Shown here one piece after another: positions 7,644 through 15,561 of a stretch of 24,684 nucleotides of DNA. Within the stretch, counting starts at the first letter, position 1, and every line of letters starts with the position of its first letter. The DNA lies in the IMG/VR virus record IMGVR_UViG_3300008255_000458, positions 1 through 24,684 of that record, one strand, 5' to 3'. Made by a program: the position numbers and the translations under genes. The stretch comes from a virus (taxonomy: Duplodnaviria > Caudoviricetes). Under the pieces are notes generated by a model. The model was not told the DNA's origin, made no database searches, and worked only from the letters and a program-made list of their open reading frames with translations.

Positions 7644-9955
7644 CAGATTGCCACCCGCCGCAGTTGCATTGCGAGATTGCCGCCGCCGCGCAGTTGCGCC
7701 GTGATCTGATCAGTGCGCGATCCTGCTGAACTCAGCAATCCGCGCTGTACTGCTTTCAACAATTCAGTCGCTACATCGCCGGTATTCACCTGATACACGT
7801 ATTGCGCCGTCTGCGGCGTCTGCCCGTCTCGCGCTTTGCGACCGCCGCCGAACGCCTTGCCGATCAATCCGCTGACTGCCGCGCCGAGGAATCCGCCGAG
7901 GATGCCGCCGATAGGCCCGCTGCCTGCGAACGCATTGCTCATCAGGTCAGCAATAGGCCGCGCGATGGATTGACCGAGGCTGCTCCAATCGTTCGTTTCG
8001 ATGCCACGCCATACAGCCGCACCCATGCTCTGCCATTGCTGCACGTTGAACACGCCTTGTTTCTGTTGCGCCTTCTCTGCGGCTTGCGTAGCGCCGCCGC
8101 CTGCGCGTGACCCTACTGTCCATCCGAGCGATGCGCCGGGAAGTCCGCTGTTTGAGCTACCGCCACCTGACGGTTTCCAGCCACTTCAGCTAGTCCCCGC
8201 GCCGGTCGTAGCGCAGCTCTGTTCGTATCGTTGACCGTCTGGCCCTGTTTTGTATTCTGTTTTGGAACCGCCAGCGCCACCCCAATTCAATCCGCTGCCG
8301 GTAACTTGGAACGTGTCTGCGTTGAATCCGCCTAGCCCCGCTTGCGCCGCTTCAGTAAATGCACCCCAGCCGCTGGCCGCTGAATCTGCCGCGCCGCTGA
8401 TTGCAGCGTTGACGTTGTTAAACGCCGCCGCCAGCGCGTTGACCTCCTCTGACAATATGCTGACCGGATCAACCATGTCTCGCCATGTTTGCGGATTTGC
8501 CGATGCGTTCCAGCGTTCGAACGCGAGACGGCTGGCCTCCATTGCCAGTTTGCCTTTATCGGCCCAGTCTATGAAGTTCTGCCATTCTTTACTCAGCCCA
8601 CCGACTTTCTCAGCAGCCTCTTTCGCAGCACCGCCGCTTTTGTCCAACGCATCCGTAGTTTCCCCCATCTTCGACGGAGCTACCGCGTATTCCTCATTCA
8701 TCGCGCGCAGGTTTTCGGCAGTTTCACCCGCCGCCGAAACAAACTGCATCATCTGTTTCTCTACTTCAATCTGAGCGTCAAGCACGCCGCCAATGGCTGA
8801 TTCCGTATCTCCCATTAACTGAATGTTTTTAATAGCCCATGATCCCAGACCGCTGGTATCAATGCCACCGAATGAAATAAACCCAAGTCCCTGCACACCT
8901 CCGCCGCCGGGCAGTGACGCAAACGCAGACTTGATAACCGCCAACCATATATTCAGTGCCGTGGTTGCAATGCTAATTGCATTGCTGATCCCGTCCAACA
9001 TCGCTTTGATTCCCAACGTCACACCTAGCCCAATCGACTGAATCGCCAGCGCCACGCCTTGCACAATCAACTTGAATGCGGTAGCCGTACGCGATACAGC
9101 CAATACCACGTTGCTGACGAACGCGGCCATTGATTCCAAAATGTCCGCGATGTTGCTGGTCTGCACTTTCTTGTTATCGTCGCTGGCTTGCGACCAGCCG
9201 AACAGCGCATCTTTCACAAGACCGATCAATAACGTAGTAGCTTTAATCCCCTCGATCACACGCGGATTCTGCGTAATCCATGCGCCGATGCCTTCTTTCA
9301 AATCACCCCAAGCGTTTTTCAGTTGTTTGATTGAACCTTCGAACGTCATGGTTTCAGCTTTCGCTATCGCCATACCCGCTTTCGTAGCTTCGAGAATCTG
9401 GTTTAACTGTTCCTGTTGCGTCCCTGTTTTGTCTACCTGAATGCCGTAGCGCATCATCAGCGACGTAGTGCTGACCAGCTCTTTGCCGATGATCCGCGCC
9501 GCAGCCGTTGCGTCCGTTCCCATCACGTTCGCAAATTGAATCGTCGCTTGTGTAGCTTGAATCAACGGCCCTTCACTGAGTCCAGTCAGAGCTTCGATCT
9601 GCGCGGCAATGCCGATAGTTACTTCATCGCCGATGGTTGTAACGGCCTGCATCGAACTGGCGAAATCCCGAATCCGCGCTGACGCTTCAGCCGTGAAGTT
9701 GCCATGCGCTTGCAATGATGCATTGAGCCGCGATACGGCGCGTTCCTCCTCTTGCGCCGCCGCCATACTGCTTCGCATGAATCCGGCCAGAGCGCGGATT
9801 GTCAGACCCGCAGCGGCAATTCCAAGCAGTCGTTTCGCAGTAGTGGCGAGTGGATTGTTCGCAGCCGCGGCACTCGTGCCGATCGCCTTGATCGGCCCGG
9901 TCGCTTTGTCAACGACCTTTAATACGACTTCCAGAATTTCCTGTTCGTTAGCCAT
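7643..9955 (-). CDS. Tail tape measure protein, 770 aa if the single in-frame TGA at 8186-8188 is read through (probably as selenocysteine); 589 aa if it terminates there
   Basis: TMP N-terminus (LEVVLKVVDKATGPI; FASSMQAVTTIGDE; GSIKQLKNAWGDLKEGIG). ORFs 8186..9955 and 7643..8053 are in the same frame and separated only by one TGA. The C-terminal part has TMP-like GGILGGFLGAAV and DGQTPQTAQYVYQVN. Confidence 0.8.
8155..8185 (-). promoter_or_regulatory. SECIS-like hairpin downstream of the in-frame UGA
   Basis: UGA-AGUGGCUGGAA(11 nt)-ACCGUC-AGGU-GGCGGU-AGCU: 6-bp upper stem, AGGU apical loop, GGCU/AGCU lower stem. Confidence 0.65.
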
Positions 9956-10325
9956 GATACTTCGCTAGGTTCTGCTTCGCCTGCTCTTTGTCCTGCTCCA
10001 TCTTCTCCATCTGCATCTTCGCAAATTCGCTGTCCATGATGCGCATCGCTTCTACATACACGAACGGCTGATCCTCAATCCCGCCGCTGCGTAACAGATG
10101 ACCCGCCTTGTAATGGCCGTAAAGTTTGCCGCACGTAAACGCGAAGTCGCTGACCTCCAACCACGGGCAATGATGGTACGTGTCATAGACCCACGCTTCA
10201 TCGCCAAACTCATTGATGACCTCCAAACGAGGATTCAGTTTTATTCCGCCGGGCTGTCCGCAGGCGCATTCGCTTTCGACTCCCCGGCAATCGAGTCCGA
10301 TGCTGGAGAGTCGGCAGTAAAAACG
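9948..10325 (-). CDS. Tail assembly chaperone GT extension, expressed by -1 frameshift
   Basis: The -1 frame opens just after a TGA at the C GTT TTT site and reads FYCRLSSIGLDCRGVESECACGQP...HCPW...YKAGHLLRSGGIEDQP. Confidence 0.7.
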   Translation of the reverse strand, partial: RFYCRLSSIGLDCRGVESECACGQPGGIKLNPRLEVINEFGDEAWVYDTYHHCPWLEVSDFAFTCGKLYGHYKAGHLLRSGGIEDQPFVYVEAMRIMDSEFAKMQMEKMEQDKEQAKQNLAKYHG

Positions 10326-10771
10326 AGGTCAGCAGATTGCGCCTCCGTCACGCCGTTGACCACGGCTGTTACCAACTGCGTCAACTGTCCATAGAGCAAT
10401 CCCGGCACTAGCTTCATCGTCTTTTCGCTGACCTTCTCAACGCCGTCCTCAGTCACGAACTCCAGCTTGAATGGAACCATCTCGCCGCTGCGTATGCGAC
10501 CCTCTACACCTTCGACGTCTTTCCACAACCGCCGCAGTAATTCATACTGATACGATTCGGCTGCATCATCATCGAACGTGTTCACTTCGCGCTTGCCTTT
10601 CTTTTCCTTGCGCCAGAACTTCATGTTCAACCGCGTAGCTTCGCGCGCCGTAATGTTCGCCATCAACACGCGCACGCCTTCCAGCGGCCACGGCTGATCC
10701 TGCTCCAACAATTCAGGTCGCGGGAATTCATGCCACGCCTGATCCAATCCCTCTAATGCAATCTCGAACAC
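10241..10771 (-). CDS. Tail assembly chaperone G (176 aa)
   Basis: Lies between the tail tube and TMP genes; AGGAGG SD; slippery site near the 3' end. Confidence 0.7.
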   Translation of the reverse strand: MFEIALEGLDQAWHEFPRPELLEQDQPWPLEGVRVLMANITAREATRLNMKFWRKEKKGKREVNTFDDDAAESYQYELLRRLWKDVEGVEGRIRSGEMVPFKLEFVTEDGVEKVSEKTMKLVPGLLYGQLTQLVTAVVNGVTEAQSADLVFTADSPASDSIAGESKANAPADSPAE

Positions 10772-10790
10772 AATAATTCCTCCTGATGGT

Positions 10791-11699
10791 TTAGGTAAAT
10801 GTGAACTTCAACAGCTCACTGGTATCGTATCCCATGTCGGCGGTCAGCCGATGATACGCGGTCTTGTTCACCCATTCCACCGCCGGGGCCGCGTTCAGAT
10901 AGAACGTGCCGGTAATGGTCAGGATGTTGCCAGCCGATGCGCCATACACCATGCTCAATGCCAGCGTCGTGCCGCTCGTGTAGTCGGTGTAATAATTCTC
11001 CGTGCTGAATGCTGGAATCTCCGCCAGCAGGCTCAGCGTCGGCGTGCTATCCACGAGATCAGGCAGATCAACGCCGGTGGTACTGCTACCGGTCAGTCGA
11101 TCATTCGGACTGTTGCTCTCGTTGTTTAGAGCAATGTCAAACTCGCGGATGTGCAGGGAGTCACTTGCCAGCGTGCCGGTCAGGTCACGTCCGATGATCG
11201 GCACGGCTTTCGTTCCGAGCGTATCACTGCCAGTCGCTTCAGTCGGTGCGGTGTATTGACCCCAGCCGCTCCACGCTGCAATCAACGGCGCTCCTACACG
11301 TCCGCGAAACACCGCGTCCAGCAAACAGTTCGTACTCGGTTGTTTCAGTCCGTTGCCGATGAACTGTGAGAGCGCCGCGATCTTCGTAGTCGCGTGCGTC
11401 AGACTCCATGTGTAGGTAACGCTCGTGCTGACTACGACGGCTTCTGCCATGCCTGCCGCCGCGAACAGCGTGCCTTCCGGTGGCGCTGTGCCAGCCGCGC
11501 CACTGCCAGCGATTTGCGATTCGAATCCCGGTTCTGTCCAAATCTTGCCAGCACGCGGAATGTCCCGCGTGGCAATCGGACGGTTGATGTTGTTATCGTA
11601 GCTTTCGCTGACGATCCAGTCCGGCTTGATGTTTTGTACAGCGAGCAGGTTCGTTCCGTCTTCAACCCGCGTCTGTGTGTCAAACCACGGTGCAGCCAT
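10791..11699 (-). CDS. Major tail tube protein (302 aa)
   Basis: GSGAAGTAPP..LFAAAGM..SVTYT and GASAGNILTIT motifs typical of siphovirus tube proteins; position. Confidence 0.75.
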   Translation of the reverse strand: MAAPWFDTQTRVEDGTNLLAVQNIKPDWIVSESYDNNINRPIATRDIPRAGKIWTEPGFESQIAGSGAAGTAPPEGTLFAAAGMAEAVVVSTSVTYTWSLTHATTKIAALSQFIGNGLKQPSTNCLLDAVFRGRVGAPLIAAWSGWGQYTAPTEATGSDTLGTKAVPIIGRDLTGTLASDSLHIREFDIALNNESNSPNDRLTGSSTTGVDLPDLVDSTPTLSLLAEIPAFSTENYYTDYTSGTTLALSMVYGASAGNILTITGTFYLNAAPAVEWVNKTAYHRLTADMGYDTSELLKFTFT

Positions 11700-11920
11700 T
11701 AGCCGTCACACTCCTTGTCGTATTCGGCGGCGAGTGTCGCATACAGCGCACGCGCTTCGCCGTTCCCGCGACGGAATAACGTCCATAGACGCAACCGCCG
11801 CTGTTCATCATTCAACATCCGCCATTCCTGTTCACCGCATCGCGGCGGGCAAGGCCATTTCTCTTCCTTCTTTGGCGGTTTCTCCGCGCGCGTCTCGCGG
11901 TTCAATGCGTCTTTGTTCAT
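11699..11920 (-). CDS. Small hypothetical protein (73 aa), WPxPPR paralogue 2
   Basis: Translationally coupled on both sides; similar to the upstream gene. Confidence 0.65.
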   Translation of the reverse strand: MNKDALNRETRAEKPPKKEEKWPCPPRCGEQEWRMLNDEQRRLRLWTLFRRGNGEARALYATLAAEYDKECDG

Positions 11921-12168
11921 CGCTCACCTCGCGCTGCTTTCCACGCTTTGTATTCGACGCGATACAGCTTGATCGTGTCAGCGCGGCGGCGTTCGAAGTG
12001 CGAATGCACGATTGCCAACTTCGCATCATCGTCGGCTCTTGACCACGTTGCCGCGTCGGTTCGCGGCGGCAGCGGCCATGCCACAACCGGCGCTGGCGCT
12101 TCCACCGGCGGCGATGTTTCCACCGCTTCAACCGGCGCTGCCTTCGGCTTGCTTCGTTTCATTGCCAT
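11917..12168 (-). CDS. Small hypothetical protein (83 aa), WPxPPR paralogue 1
   Basis: GGAG SD before the ATG at 12168; trimmed from ORF 11917..12243. Confidence 0.65.
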   Translation of the reverse strand: MAMKRSKPKAAPVEAVETSPPVEAPAPVVAWPLPPRTDAATWSRADDDAKLAIVHSHFERRRADTIKLYRVEYKAWKAARGER

Positions 12169-12170
12169 GA

Positions 12171-12647
12171 TTACGTCTCCTGTCTGTAAGTAATGGTTAT
12201 CACTCGCCCACGCGAATGTAGGTCTTTGTGAATCTCTGGCCACAGGAACGGATGCCCTGCGCGCAGATGTTCAGTTTTCAGGATCGTTGCAATGCCAGCT
12301 ACTTTCAGTTGATCGGCGCCAGCAAGGAACGTTTGCTTGATAATCGAATCCTCAATGTCGCGGCCAGTCTGTAACACACTCTTGCCGCTCAGTCCATCTT
12401 TCAGAACCCAGATCAGGCCCAGCTCGAACGTGATGTCTCGCCCCGGTGTTATCCATTCGTCAACCAAGTCCGGCCCTTCAATGCACATCATGAATGGCAT
12501 GCGGCTGCGAACCTGTTCGCCGGGTAACACTGGCCCATCATAGACACGCGTCGGATCACCGTCCGTCAGACCGTCGAACTCAGTCACGTTCGCTTCGATC
12601 CACTTGCGGAACTGCGTTATCGCCGTATGTCGCGTCTGATCAGCCAT
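12171..12647 (-). CDS. Putative tail terminator / tail completion protein (158 aa)
   Basis: Position before the tail tube; RVYDGP..MPF..I motif and C-terminal beta strand ITITYRQ. Confidence 0.55.
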   Translation of the reverse strand: MADQTRHTAITQFRKWIEANVTEFDGLTDGDPTRVYDGPVLPGEQVRSRMPFMMCIEGPDLVDEWITPGRDITFELGLIWVLKDGLSGKSVLQTGRDIEDSIIKQTFLAGADQLKVAGIATILKTEHLRAGHPFLWPEIHKDLHSRGRVITITYRQET

Positions 12648-12650
12648 TGA

Positions 12651-13775
12651 TTAATCCGCTGCGTTCAGGTAAACCGTAACATCCTCGACGGCGGAAGTAT
12701 CGGAGGCGTCGGTGGTTCCGCCCCAATCGAGTTTCACCGCGAAGGCGTTTGTGCCGGTTGTGTCGAAACTGGAGAAGGTCTCCATGTCGCCGCCGGTCAG
12801 GATGGCCGGAGCCACGGGCGCCCCCGTTTCATCAATCACAGTGAAATGATATGTGGCGATGCCGGTGCCGGAAGCGCCGGTAACGCGAACCTTCACCGTA
12901 CCGCGCAGCGTGATACTGGTGGCCTGATCGATTGCCACATCGCCGGTCGCGCCAATCAACTGCAACCCGGCATACACATTCACGGCCAGCGTCTCTGTGC
13001 CCGGTACGGCGGGCGTGGCGGAAACAACAACCACATAATCAATCACGTTACCCGCTTCGAGGTTCGCATCGCCAAAATCCGTGGCGATGGTTTCAGGATC
13101 ATCCGCGCTGGCCGGCATGACAACCGTTTCAGCCGCAGTCGCGCCCGTATGTGCGGCAGACGCAGCGGTCGCGGAATACATCAACCGCTGTGCTGGCCGC
13201 TGAGTAATCGCGCCCGTGGTGCTGACCGTCCAAAAGTTGCCCGCCGTGGTCGGCAGTGCGTTCGGCGCGGTGTACTCGATGTCAGCGGCGAGTGTAGCCG
13301 GGGCAGTGAAACTGACGGTGTTTGTACCGCCACCGGAGCCTTCAAGTAACGCCAGAGTACCGCCGCCTGTACCAGCGCCGAGTTTCAGCACCTGCGCGTT
13401 TGTCGTGCCAACGTAAGTCGCAAACAAAGTATCTTCGGTCAGGATACCCGCCGTACCGACCAGCGGAACGGAGTTCGCCGTCAGGCCGGTATCGCCTGCG
13501 CCGGTGTCGATCCATGCCAACGCGCCGCTGCCATCCGTCTTGAGTACCTGTCCAGCGTCGCCGTCATTGGCAGGTAACGTGTATGCCACATCTGCGGACT
13601 GCGCAACCGTCGAGATGGTAGACCAGTTTGAACTCCCATCGCTCAGGCCAATCAACCCTTTGTGGTTTGCATCTCCGCGATACAGATCGCGGACTGTTTG
13701 CCCGATAGCCGGAGTTGCAACCAGCATCATTGCCAGCATCAACCACCCGGCTATCTGCGCTCGTGTGAGTTTCAT
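12651..13775 (-). CDS. Fibre-like protein with an N-terminal Sec-type signal peptide (374 aa)
   Basis: MKLTRAQIAGWLMLAMMLVATPAIG|Q followed by the YTLPANDGDAGQVLKTDGSGALAW fibre motif; ATGA coupling and AGAGGT SD. Confidence 0.6.
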   Translation of the reverse strand: MKLTRAQIAGWLMLAMMLVATPAIGQTVRDLYRGDANHKGLIGLSDGSSNWSTISTVAQSADVAYTLPANDGDAGQVLKTDGSGALAWIDTGAGDTGLTANSVPLVGTAGILTEDTLFATYVGTTNAQVLKLGAGTGGGTLALLEGSGGGTNTVSFTAPATLAADIEYTAPNALPTTAGNFWTVSTTGAITQRPAQRLMYSATAASAAHTGATAAETVVMPASADDPETIATDFGDANLEAGNVIDYVVVVSATPAVPGTETLAVNVYAGLQLIGATGDVAIDQATSITLRGTVKVRVTGASGTGIATYHFTVIDETGAPVAPAILTGGDMETFSSFDTTGTNAFAVKLDWGGTTDASDTSAVEDVTVYLNAAD

Positions 13776-14188
13776 TGTGTACCTCTTTTGAATCCGATGA
13801 TTTTCTTCATACGCTTAACGGTGTCTCTCACAGTCTCGCGCAACGGTGTAGTCAGGAATAACCGAGCCGTGATATGACGTGTACCCCATTCAAGGAATCG
13901 GCCATACGTCGTTCGATCAATCGCCTGTTTCGGATGTTGACCCGGCGTGACGCGCAGGCCCGCATAGTAGCCGTTGCCTTCAGTGCGCGCAAATCCTTCG
14001 ATGCCACGGCGCAGATGGCCGGTCGGCGCGCCTAACACGCTGCTGTAGAATCCCAGCGCTCGCGTCCGTGCGCGCACTGGGACATCATTCATCACGTCCG
14101 CAATCGCGTCGCTCGTGGTATTGCGCACGCCGTTGATCGTATCAGCCAGCGCACCGGCAAACTGTTCAGGTGTCACGCGGCGCGCCAT
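13772..14188 (-). CDS. HK97 gp10-like neck/tail-joining protein (138 aa)
   Basis: APTGHLRRGI...YGRFLEWGTRHITARLFL motif. Confidence 0.75.
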   Translation of the reverse strand: MARRVTPEQFAGALADTINGVRNTTSDAIADVMNDVPVRARTRALGFYSSVLGAPTGHLRRGIEGFARTEGNGYYAGLRVTPGQHPKQAIDRTTYGRFLEWGTRHITARLFLTTPLRETVRDTVKRMKKIIGFKRGTQ

Positions 14189-15081
14189 CAGTACGCCCTC
14201 CGATGTTGATCCAGAATCAATCGCGCTGCATCCGGTATGCCTTTCTCATACCGCTCATACTGCGCACTGAATGGATCGACGCTTTGCCCGGACTTTCCGA
14301 AACGTCCTTCGCCTTGTTTGCTCTGTTGCCAGCCATACGCGGCCAGCATCATCACGGCCATTTCCAAATCCTGCGGCACTGTACCGAGTTGGCTGGATAC
14401 AACGTAATCAATCCGCGTCGCGGTGATCGGCGTTGGAGCCATCGTAGCACCGGTGTTGTTCGACGTGAAAGTATCAGCATCCAGATTGTTCGCGTCTAAC
14501 GTGCCGCTGGTGATCGGCGCGGTGATTGAATCATCCGCCGCGCTCGCAGCCGTCACAGTCAACGTAGCGCCGGTGTTCGCTTGCGTAAGCACGTCGCCAA
14601 CCGCAGGCGCGGTCGTTAATGAACTGATCAGCATCCGCACTGTTTCGCTGGCCCAGCCGGTAGTTGTGTATCCGGCAACGTAAGTCAGACGGATGTTGTA
14701 ATGATCGTCCTCGTCGCCGCTGCCGCGCAACCCGCTGGGCCATGCACCGTAGGTCGCGTTCGATTCCTGATCGAGCGCCGGATAATACAACGTCAGGCCG
14801 TCAATGATTTCCGCATAACTGGCGGTCTCAGCCGTGTATGCTGAACCGTCCCAGATGGTCATGCTGGTCAACGATGTAACCGGATACTCACGCGGATACA
14901 ATTTGCGACTGCCAGTGCCGACGTGTTTCTCATTGCTCACTGTGGCCGATTCAAGGTGTCTGCCTGTATATGCCTCCGCCTGAGCGGTAGCGCCAATCAG
15001 AAACGCTTTCAACGCTTCGTCATACACGCTGCCACTCAGGTTGAGGAAGGCTTTGAGCAAACCCAATCGCGCCAGTGCCAT
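14188..15081 (-). CDS. Head-tail connector (gp6/gp15-like) with an inserted domain (297 aa)
   Basis: LKAFLNL..YDEAL..I..AT..AEAYTGR, EYPVTS, NIRLTYVAGY and VPQDLEMAVMMLAA motifs. Confidence 0.75.
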   Translation of the reverse strand: MALARLGLLKAFLNLSGSVYDEALKAFLIGATAQAEAYTGRHLESATVSNEKHVGTGSRKLYPREYPVTSLTSMTIWDGSAYTAETASYAEIIDGLTLYYPALDQESNATYGAWPSGLRGSGDEDDHYNIRLTYVAGYTTTGWASETVRMLISSLTTAPAVGDVLTQANTGATLTVTAASAADDSITAPITSGTLDANNLDADTFTSNNTGATMAPTPITATRIDYVVSSQLGTVPQDLEMAVMMLAAYGWQQSKQGEGRFGKSGQSVDPFSAQYERYEKGIPDAARLILDQHRRAY

Positions 15082-15083
15082 GA

Positions 15084-15521
15084 CTAGCTCACGCTCGTTT
15101 CGAAGTGCTTAATGGCGATAGCGCCAATCGGCGTACCATTCGTGTGCGTGCCGGTCACGTCATCTTCCAGCCGGTAGTACCGATAGTCCGCGTCCGGCGT
15201 GACGTGCAGGATGTGAACCACGCCGTCCTCTGCCGGATCATCGACCACGATGGTAGCCGCGCTGAGCGTGCCGCTGGCGTTGCTCAGTTCACTGGCGCTG
15301 CAATCCACCGGCGATGTGAACGCGCTGTCGATTGCTTTCTGAATGGTAAACGTGTGATACACGCTGCCACTCAGAGTGTCCAGCGATTCGCCGATGTTGA
15401 TGACGAACGTGATGCCGCTGCAACCTGCCGAGTCGATGGCCGCGCCTAACCCTTCGCTGTCTTGTGTGACAACAAACGGCTCCAGCGCAACCTCGATGGC
15501 GTTGAGATTAAATTCGTGCAT
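15084..15521 (-). CDS. Putative head decoration protein (145 aa)
   Basis: Immediately after the major capsid gene; GGAGG SD before the ATG at 15521; acidic and beta-rich, with YRYYRL. Confidence 0.55.
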   Translation of the reverse strand: MHEFNLNAIEVALEPFVVTQDSEGLGAAIDSAGCSGITFVINIGESLDTLSGSVYHTFTIQKAIDSAFTSPVDCSASELSNASGTLSAATIVVDDPAEDGVVHILHVTPDADYRYYRLEDDVTGTHTNGTPIGAIAIKHFETSVS

Positions 15522-15561
15522 TGTTGTAAACCTCCAAAGGTTCACGCCATCCGGCGTGTTA

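Noticed and set aside
7643-8053. Independent 136-aa gene, or a TMP pseudogene
   Set aside because: No clear SD, same frame as the TMP, and no other decay in the module. A nonsense mutation or sequencing error is not fully excluded
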